20,000 nucleotides of DNA from Catajapyx aquilonaris (Eukaryota): the NCBI GenBank assembly GCA_000934665.2, contig KZ538554.1:44366-64365 (forward strand). The letters run 5' to 3'. The notes beneath the pieces were generated by a model. That model worked only from the letters and a program-made list of their open reading frames with translations, did no database searches and was not told the origin of the DNA. A program made the translations under genes and the position numbers. Shown here piece after piece: positions 1 to 8,563 of this stretch (position 1 is the stretch's first letter; the number at the start of each line of letters is the position of its first letter).

Positions 1-1088
1 TTAGTAGCCTGGGTGAAGTCAAAAGTAATCCTAATAAAAAATTCAAACAGCATCAAGCTAATTTACGTGGTGCAAAATCTCATTTTAATTAAAGTCATTA
101 TTACCACTATCCTGCAAAAAATGGGGCATTTGCATACTGTAGGTGTGGGATATATATACTGTAAAAAGTCAAATGTAAATAAAATCACAGTTCTACCATA
201 TAAGATTTTTCTGATGTTTACTTTGCTGAGAGTGTATGTGTACCTAATCCTGATGCCTGTCTGGATTACCCCGCTACTTTAAAAAAATCAATTAGACTTA
301 GTCCCTGTATACTATATGCTACTGTATATATTTTGTAACTCCACTTGCGTCTGAACAACATCAACTACGTGCTAGGTGACAAGAAAGGGGCAATCAACAT
401 AATATCCTGGAGGGACTCTCCGTACAGGATATCACACCACAGTAAATTGTAAATGATCCTCTTTTTATATACTAGCAGAATACGTCGACTACTAATTACA
501 ACTCCACACTTTTTACGCTATGTGAACGAGCATGATTCGAAAAAATTCCAAAACTTGTGCAGGTGGCAAATACGACTTAATTTAACTGTCCAGATTCACA
601 GTTGTTATGACTCAAGTGCATTTGTAAAAAAAAAATCTTTTTAATGTCAAAGGTGTCCTAGTGCTACACAATCGTCACACAATCTAGCAAGGTGGAGGTT
701 TAAAACACCACAATCACCTTTCTCAAGTGTTGGTGATTGTATATCGCCAGGACACATTTCGCTGAAACGCATTTTGACATAACCTGCAGTACATACAGGT
801 GCTAGGTATCAAAATATTTGGGTGTCACACTACTTCTATCTCACATTGACCATGAAATTTAACTATAACACTTTCCGGCTATAAGTCTCGCTCTACATTC
901 TGACTCCATATGATATAATTTGGAACATGTTCCTGGCGACACAAAACTGCCAGCTCGCGTTCAAAGGGGCTCACATTGTTGAAAGCACCGTGTATAGATA
1001 CCACGTAATTATTTGCCAGACAGCTACTAATTTGCACCTCACTTTTAATGCTAATTTCATACCAGTGACATTAAGTCATCATGTCATC

Positions 1089-1280
1089 CTATAAAACGTC
1101 GATGTAAGTTCCCCCAAAAATGGCAGGACATAACGCCAGGCAGGGTGCGAAACCCAGCTAGCTCGACCCCGGCTTTAAATTGGTGATTGCATATAAAACA
1201 CTCCGCATTGTAAAACCCTAGCCATGATGGACAACCTATGGCAGTAAGCCACGTGGCAGGGTCCGGAATTAATTTGACAG
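1089..1280. promoter_or_regulatory. Motif cluster: TATA-like boxes, YY1 core, palindromic E-box, homeodomain and Meis sites
   Basis: CTATAAAA 1089-1096, AAAATGGC 1117-1124, TATAAAA 1192-1198, GCCACGTGGC 1248-1257, AATTAATT 1267-1274, TGACAG 1275-1280. Motif matches only. Confidence 0.22.
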
Positions 1281-1650
1281 CAGCTCCCCTACCATAACAG
1301 GAAACACTGATGAAGAATAGTGGCAGGGGTGGGAGGGGGGACAATATCGCGGTGCCCACATCTTGCTTTATCGCCCCTTTCCCCATGTTGGCAAGCAGCG
1401 TTTATGAGCGGCAGCCCCCAATATTAGTAGAATCCCTTATACTTTTTTGTTGCTCTTAAGTGCGGGGGCGTTGTGGAGGGAGCCATGAAAACACCCCTCT
1501 TTCACCTTTTGCATTCCACGTGGCTTCTCTGCAAGCAGAAATTAGCTCGTGTTGGGGACAAGTCGTAATTTTCACTCGCCAGCGACACGTATTAGACGCT
1601 GTAATATTCCCTCTTCCTCCCCTCCTTCCTTCCTTCCTTAGCATTAAGTA

Positions 1651-1668
1651 GGGAGGGTCTGGGGAGGG
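1651..1668 (+). other. G-quadruplex-forming motif next to a polypyrimidine (CCTT)n-like tract
   Basis: GGG-A-GGG-TCT-GGGG-A-GGG fits the canonical pattern of four G3+ tracts with short loops. A C/T-only tract lies just upstream at about 1607-1639. Confidence 0.55.
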
Positions 1669-2263
1669 AGTTTCGCACTGGAATGGGGGGAATGGGCCTA
1701 CGTTTTCTACCATGGGAGAACAAGAGCGTCGTCACTCTGTCTTTAATGCCTTACCAGCCTAATGGCATGGGGAAAGCTTATCCTACTAGGACGTCGATGC
1801 CATTTTTTATGTGAAATGGAGAAGCAAATAGGCGGAATGGATAAATGTAGACGGCTCAAATAATCCGGATGAATAAATAATGTGGTGTAGAGGGGGCGTC
1901 AAGAAGGGCGAATAAAGGCATTTCGCGTCATTTCATGCGCCGAAAAATCAGGTGTAGTTTGCAAATTTGCAAAAAGATTTACTGCTGCTAGGCGGAAATT
2001 ACACTTCCTTAGGAAGTTGTGATGCAAGAGTAAGACAGGGAAAAAAATAAATAGAAGCGGAAAAAAGGGAGTCTGCAAGTTGCCATGTTGGAAGAAAGCG
2101 TATTTCATCTGCGCAGCAGCAGGAAAACTGTTTATTTATTTATTATCTCTGACAGCTTGTGAAATGTGGTCTTCCTCCCAGCATTTTAAGTTTGTACATA
2201 TTTCAAAAAGTTGTCCCCTGCAATATTTCATCTTAATTATGTTCGATTTTCCCCTCTGAGCAG

Positions 2264-2297
2264 ATATATACGGTATATATACTGTATATATATATAT
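2264..2297. repeat. Interrupted (TA)n microsatellite
   Basis: atatatacggtatatatactgtatatatatatat; the pure TA run is 2285-2297. Confidence 0.85.
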
Positions 2298-2415
2298 TTT
2301 TTGAAACAGGCTTCCTGCAGAAAACTTTTATGGCGTGAGATTTAAAAGGTCCCGGACAAGAACTTGTGAAATCTGGACACGCCCCAGACAAAGTGTGTTT
2401 TCGGATGTAGCTGTA

Positions 2416-2454
2416 GGGAGGGAGATGGGGAGGGGGGCTTGGGGAGTGGGAGGG
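2416..2454 (+). other. G-quadruplex-forming tract with seven G-runs
   Basis: GGG a GGG agat GGGG a GGGGGG ctt GGGG agt GGG a GGG; all loops are 1-4 nt. Confidence 0.75.
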
Positions 2455-3267
2455 ATATGCCGGGCGATAGACTAGAAAATCCCCGAGGCTATGGAAGCGG
2501 GTATTAATCTTGCATTAGCCGCGGTTGTTAGCTGAAACCGAGATTCGTTGCTGCGGTGGCCAGAGTGGGAGTAATTTACAGGTCGGATCCTCGCTGCTGA
2601 TCGCCATTTATCATTAAGTGGAAACACACATGCGCATGTCAAGGCCCCAATTTTTATGCGCCACACTCTGTAGCCTACCACACTCCAAGAGTGACTGGGT
2701 CCAAAAACAACCCGGTTACAGCTTTCAACCACGCCCGGCTTCGGTGAAATATGAGGGACAGAAAAATATGTCGCTGCATATGTTTTCAGTGCGCTATAGG
2801 CGTCAAAATAACGCAATCTCACATAGTCATGTGCAGGGAGGCGAGACTAAATGTCCAAGAGTGTCAGGCTTTCCAAGATGGTTGATGAAAGTGACTGCGA
2901 CGAATGAATAGGGTTCTTTCATCTCCAAAAAGAGACTAGTGTGTATAGTAGATAGTCACTTCAAGGACCCACTGATGGTGGGCAATCGAGTGTTTCCCGG
3001 TTCCAGACCTAAAATCGACACACTGACGTATATTGCGGTGCAATGTCGAGTTTTACGAAAAAAATAGAGACGGTGGGACTCGAGCACACAGCCAGGCTTT
3101 ATACTGTACGTGCTATTTCAGCCGTACTCCTTTTGAATTCTAGTGCAGTATAATAATATCATTTCCAATGATCATGCTGGGAAATTTTGCCAGGATGTCC
3201 CATGGCACAACTGCAAAAATAGCTAAACAAGAAACCATATTGCAGCCAGAATATTGGTAAGGAAAAA

Positions 3268-3334
3268 GCAACACTGTCCTACTTCTAAGCCAACAAACGC
3301 AGCGTTTGTTGGCTTAGAAGTAGGACAGTGTTGC
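3268..3334. repeat. Perfect inverted repeat, 33-bp arms with a 1-nt spacer
   Basis: 3268-3300 gcaacactgtcctacttctaagccaacaaacgc is the exact reverse complement of 3302-3334 gcgtttgttggcttagaagtaggacagtgttgc. The centre is A3301. Confidence 0.98.
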
Positions 3335-3634
3335 ATCAGTTCACAATAACACATTTTGGAATTTACAGTCGGACATAACATTGTACCTTTTCAAACGCGG
3401 CCATACGTCACATTCTGCGCATGAGGAAAACACATTAAAAGGGAAACGGATTATACTGTTTCAATGGGTGTGCATTTGCTCAGAATTATGAAATTAAACT
3501 GCAGGATGAGCCTATTTAACCCTCATCCCGAAATTCCAACTCTGCCTCTACTTTTCCCATGTATGAAATTATATTCGAAATGAGTCCAGCAGTGTGCAAT
3601 TCACTTGTATCTTATGATAAGCAGGCTATATATT

Positions 3635-3677
3635 AGTCCAGGTATTGGTTCAGAATTCTGAAGGTTAATCCTGGACT
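3635..3677. repeat. Imperfect short fold-back repeat
   Basis: Outer arms agtccagg 3635-3642 and cctggact 3670-3677 surround a central 14-bp palindrome, ttcagaattctgaa 3649-3662. Confidence 0.7.
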
Positions 3678-3766
3678 TGATGGTCAGTATCAGAGTTAAA
3701 GAATGTACGACAATGCGGAAAATACCCGTCAAGAAAGTATTTTCGATATGTCCAAGATATTAAAAA

Positions 3767-3784
3767 AGAGAGAGAGAGAGAGAG
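3767..3784 (+). repeat. (AG)9 microsatellite
   Basis: Nine uninterrupted AG units. Confidence 0.95.
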
Positions 3785-3837
3785 GGAGTTGGCCATCGAG
3801 CTGCTAATCTGGCCAAAGAGTAAGATCCAGCTCGTCT

Positions 3838-4006
3838 GCCATTTTTACGGGCCTTTTATTGACTTTACACGGCTAACGGCGTCATAAGGTTGGGCGCTTG
3901 TGCCAAAATCGCCTCTCGCCAACTGATTGCCTTTCCGCACTTTTGGCGGTGGCAAACGCGATTCCGGGAGGAAAAGGGCCAGGGTTGAGTCATGTCATAG
4001 CTGACA
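3838..4006. promoter_or_regulatory. Candidate enhancer: Cdx/posterior-Hox, YY1, AP-1 and TALE motifs
   Basis: GCCATTTT 3838-3845, TTTTACGG 3843-3850, TTTTATTG 3854-3861, GTCATAA 3881-3887, TGAGTCA 3986-3992, TGTCA 3993-3997 and TGACA 4002-4006, in a CpG-containing block. Confidence 0.33.
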
Positions 4007-4589
4007 AGAATCACCATTTTATATTAGTTAGACCCTTGTCCTTTTCCATTCTGAAGTGCAGGGTGCGGGAAAGGGCAACACCAAAAAATGATCTGGGGGT
4101 GCTGGAATTATCCTGGAACAGGCTCAGGAAATTTGTTTCGAATTTTTCTCTCCAGGAGATAAACTGTGTTCACAGTGGTGTAACTCATTTTCACTGCCAC
4201 ACTTGAACGAGGATCTACAACTTTGGAGGAAAAAGAAGACCCTTGTATGTAATAAATTTCTACCTGCCTCTGGCAGGATATTCGAAATGGTTGTGCATTC
4301 ATAGAAGAGGAGAAGAAGGGTAGTAGAAGTTTCGCTCTACCAGAATTGGAAAATATATTATGCAAGTGCTTGGAATGGCACATTTCATTCTTATAAATTT
4401 CTACGGATAAACTATATTTGACAACAAATTATTGCGAGTAATTCTATGCTGGTTCAGTTGAAGCTTTCTTTTTCTTTTCTTTTTTGCGTTAATATTAATA
4501 AATTCTCGACTATATCCTACACCTGCGGTATATGCGTAGCATGTGCAGGGTGCACTGCAAATCCCCAGTTCAAGGAAAGAAGTTTAGCT

Positions 4590-4716
4590 ATGTTATGTTT
4601 AGTCCAGGAACCAGTTTAAAGAGAAGAGACGACACAAATTCTGTGGCCCTGGTAGTTGCTTCCAGCAGGTTTCTTCTCTTTAAACTGGTTGCTACAGTAA
4701 ACAATCCACATAACAT
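4590..4716. mobile_element. MITE-like fold-back element (long imperfect terminal inverted repeats, about 38-nt interior)
   Basis: Perfect 19-bp IR: aaccagtttaaagagaaga 4609-4627 and tcttctctttaaactggtt 4672-4690. Pairing continues in register, with mismatches, out to 4596/4703 and in to 4630/4669. An outer 9-bp IR is atgttatgt 4590-4598 and acataacat 4708-4716. The IR itself is certain; the MITE origin is inferred and there is no clear TSD. Confidence 0.55.
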
Positions 4717-7700
4717 TTCCCATTCCCCTACCCTCCCAAACTTGAAGTGGAGACCTGGGAAGTGTACCACCCTGCACAAAGAAGTTAGCATAAAAACTCG
4801 GAATATTTGGCAGGTGAGTCTCTGAGCACGCATAATCTAGTTCAAAGCTATCTGATACTGACATTTTAATATTCGAATGCGTCGCGTATATGTTGCAGAT
4901 TTCGCATCTGTATACTCGTAATATACAGCGTGTTTCAGATGTTATCTCAATTATTGTGATAACATCCGTATGTGTAAAAATCTCGTGGCTGATGTTAATT
5001 TCCAGTCGCTCCTGTCATACCTCAGTGCCTTCAAATGTGACAGTGACTTACATACGAGTAAGTTACATACGTACGCATCGTTGGAAAGCCCATTCAATAT
5101 GCACATAACTAAAGCAGGGGATTCAAATATTATCATCCATATTTAATTTTAAATTCGTGTAAAATAGTGCACAAGTTAAAATTCAAGTACGTCGGGCTGC
5201 CTCGCGAATCTTTTAACAAACACAGCATGACTTGAAGCAGTTATATACTGGCTCTATTATAATTATTCTTCCCAAAGTAACTACAACCTGCCCAGGTTTA
5301 TTATTGCAGCCTTCGAGTCTGAATGCATTTGCTCAATATGAAATTCCCAACCAAATTCTGAAGCCTTCCATATAGCACGCGCTAAATTATTACGCTTGTT
5401 GTTTTCGTCGCGTTGCAGAGTTGAGCATGTTCCTAGGTGTTTGGCAATTGTTGGCAAGACAAGTGTGGCTGATCCCATTCTGTGTGACCTCTAGAGGAAA
5501 GTCAGCCATGCAGGCAGGCTTTGAATCCAGCGATGAGTCTGGCATGGGAAGAATGGCCTCCTGCGCGGGGCTCCACATCCCGGCGGACCGATATGTTAGC
5601 ATGAAATAGCCACTTGGGCACCTTTCCTTGTCAAACCTGGAGCTGAATCTGTGCAAAGCTTTCTCCAGTTGGTTCCTTTTTTCATCTGCCCACTACTGGC
5701 ACCCATACATTGCTGTCAGCTGCACACTTTTGCGCAAGACTGCTTTTCCCTGATATGTATGGTTTTTCCAGAGGTTTTGGGAGTTGTTTATCTCCCCTGC
5801 CTCATTTATTTTCCACCCCTAACCCCTCTCAAACTGTGAAGGAGGTAGGAAAGGTGTTTTGAGACAGAAATATGGGCCGATTGGTGGAATGCGACTCATC
5901 AGGTATGTATGGCGTATGGTCCGAGTCACCCCGCATTCTTACCCTAGGAAACGACATTCCCAAGGTACCAAGTCGGTAACATTTCCGCGGGATTTATGGA
6001 TATATCCGTCGTGTACCTCTCTGTAACAAGACAATGTTAATGTGCGGGGCGTGACCGTTTGTTTAGCTGGGGAATTGTGATGGGCACTGGCATCAGTCTC
6101 CGCCTACGGAAACTATTCAATATGATAACTTCTACAACTGCATATAACATTTCTCAAAATATAGTCTATATTTCATACTAAGATTTTGATTATGAGTAGC
6201 TGGTGCTACAACAAATTTACATTTTGACAATTTTTGTTGTTGGAAAGAAGTTTAAATAAGTAATTACTACAAGCAGCCTAATAGTCATTACAGGTAACTT
6301 GGTATCATTTATTAGCATAAATCATTTATAACTTCTCGACAAACTTCAGAATTAGGCACACTCGGTTGATTACACAGCTAAAGCAGGGGTGATAATTGTA
6401 CTGTACGGCAGTATTCCCAACTTAGTTTCCTCCCCCAGGTATTTGGTATTTCCCCCCGACTTATTTAGTATCGTACAACCTTTGCATGTGTATGCTACAA
6501 TGGACATTATAAACTATCTCATAATAATCCCAAGCCTTGCATTTAGATTTACCTAACAAAAACGAGAATAGGTGGAAACAAATATATTCTATCACTTGAT
6601 TTCAAAACATTGTTTGGGGTCATTTAGCTGACGTTGAATATGAATTCGTGCCCACTTATAATTTGTACTCAAACGTATTAACTGTATGTCAAAAAATGTT
6701 TCAGAAAAATGGCTCTCCCCTGTCGCTACACAACCACCAGCACTGCAGAAGAGAAAGATTTGTTTTCTCTCTCTCTTGCTGGAGTGCTGATGGTGGCATG
6801 GTACAAGGATAAGCTTGTTCAAAACTTTTTTGACATTACAAAATTGCTAATTATGTGAAGTCATTTTCATTACACGATTAATGATTCCTTGAAAATCGTT
6901 ACAAAAAAGACTTGCAAGTTTTTGATACACAGTTTCAATATAATATTATTGTAAATTTTTGTGGAATTTTATTGGAAACTCTCGATTTTTTTGTTTAAAA
7001 TACATACGCACTAATTACTGCAACTAATAGGTTAGCAGTAATGCAGCCGACAAGGCGGATACAAAAAGTACCACACTGTTATGCACAGGTAGCAAAACTC
7101 TAGCCCTCGATATACGAATAGCAAAAAAAGAGGTGCTGCACTCCCAGCCCCGTCTGGGTGCAATGTTCTCAAAAAACGCCAACTGGGCCTTTTTAGCAAA
7201 TGGAAAAATGGCCGAAAGGAGCAATAGAAGCGCGAATCCAGTGCAAGAGTTGGCCCAGGGCACCAGCAGTGGCCTCAGGGCCATTTCGTTCGCACCAATT
7301 TCCAACCCCTCCTCTGTACAAAAAAGGCCAATTGCGATATGTTCTCTTTTTTAGGAGGTTGTTTGGTGGTGAAAAGCAACGTGTAGGTATGTAAGCCGTA
7401 TAATAATGAATGGAGGTTCTCCTTATATATTTTTTTCTCTCATTTCTTTTCTTTCCTTCCCGAACACTTGGCGTCTTCTGACAGCAGCTTGGCCTTGACT
7501 GACCTCCGCTACGTAAGGCGGAGTTTAGGTCTGCGGGGCGTGGAACGCTCAGGTCACAGGACCTTCAGATCTATAGCTGGTCGCCTAGATACTTTTCTTC
7601 TCCCTGCCTTTTATTTTCTTCCTATTTTTGTCCCTTTTTGTTTCTTTGTCTCATCCGGGCGGAAGTGGATCACCTTGAACCAAAGAGATATCCGTTGGAA

Positions 7701-8395
7701 CACCCTGCCACTTACACCCTCTGCCACTTGGAACTGCCAAACTCGGTAGAATTCTCTCCAGGATTGGCAAAAAAATAGCCAGAGAGCTTTTTTATGCGGC
7801 CTGATATCTCCCGCCAGAGCGTGTGAAACACAAATCCGGGAAAAGGCCCACATTTTGCCGAAATTATACTGGGGACCCACACACCCTGGGGAGTCTCGCA
7901 TGCAAAACACATGAGTCACTTTGACTCCCACTTTAATGTAAATATTTTGCTAACAGTTCCCCGATGAGTTTACTTTCCTACACTAACGTCCACCCCCGGC
8001 TTGATCCTTCTACACTTTTCCCCCAAAAAGTTGGAGGCGATGCATTATACACAGGGATCCCTACTTAATAAGTTGCTTAATGCTGGAATGAAATTCAGCA
8101 GGGGCATTAGGCCTTTGCTGTTCATCCTCGGGCTTAGTGCCACTGCAGACATCAGATGGTGGACTTTTCGCCCCCCTGCCTTCTCTTCTAAAGACAACAG
8201 AAGGCGACTCCAGGGGGGATGTTGATGTGCTTTTCTAAGCCCCTGGTAGCCAACACTACACTAGGAGGAAGCGAACTTCAAAGGGTATTCACCACGCTTA
8301 ATGTGGTCATTATTACAAATAATAGGCGCGCTCGAGTACACAAAGTTTTGAATCGATCCCAGGCACGTGGACCGGAGTGAGAGAATATCACGGTA

Positions 8396-8563
8396 ATCAA
8401 TCAAAAGAGCCTTGCTCCTTGATTCAAATTATTTGAGTCCACCAACTGCAGGGATAACTTTCCCCTCAGCGGGAGGAGAGTTGCTGAGTCAAGACTTTGA
8501 TGGATGGTAATCACTTGGAAACTAGTGGGTGAATTTATAAATGGAACGCGACTGACATTGACA
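8396..8563. promoter_or_regulatory. Candidate Pbx-Hox/Meis enhancer
   Basis: ATCAATCA 8396-8403 (TGATTGAT on the minus strand), AP-1 TGAGTCA 8485-8491, TGATGGATGG 8498-8507, and tandem TGACA at 8553-8557 and 8559-8563. Confidence 0.33.

Noticed and set aside
1240..1260. Minus-strand peptide PATWLTA, resembling the posterior-Hox tryptophan motif
   Set aside because: No RKKR-type homeodomain start follows it, and I found no WFQNRR-type helix-3 sequence in the window. The match overlaps the E-box palindrome.
3069..3092. tRNA T-arm-like stretch on the minus strand (gtgtgctcgagtcccacc)
   Set aside because: It lacks a proper GTTCGA B box, an A box and a cloverleaf.
4633..4654. Minus-strand resemblance to miR-10 (tacc...gaatttgtg)
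   Set aside because: The seed and middle differ, and it lies in the interior loop of the hairpin, not in a stem arm.
5494..5573. GAGGAAAGTC and CGGGGCTC, resembling RNase P/MRP conserved regions
   Set aside because: The two segments cannot form the P4 helix and are too close together.
4811..7391. Isolated strong plus-strand splice donors (CAG/GTGAGT 4814, CAG/GTATGT 5903, TAG/GTATGT 7387)
   Set aside because: I could not build a convincing acceptor-exon-ORF chain, and such hexamers are common by chance.
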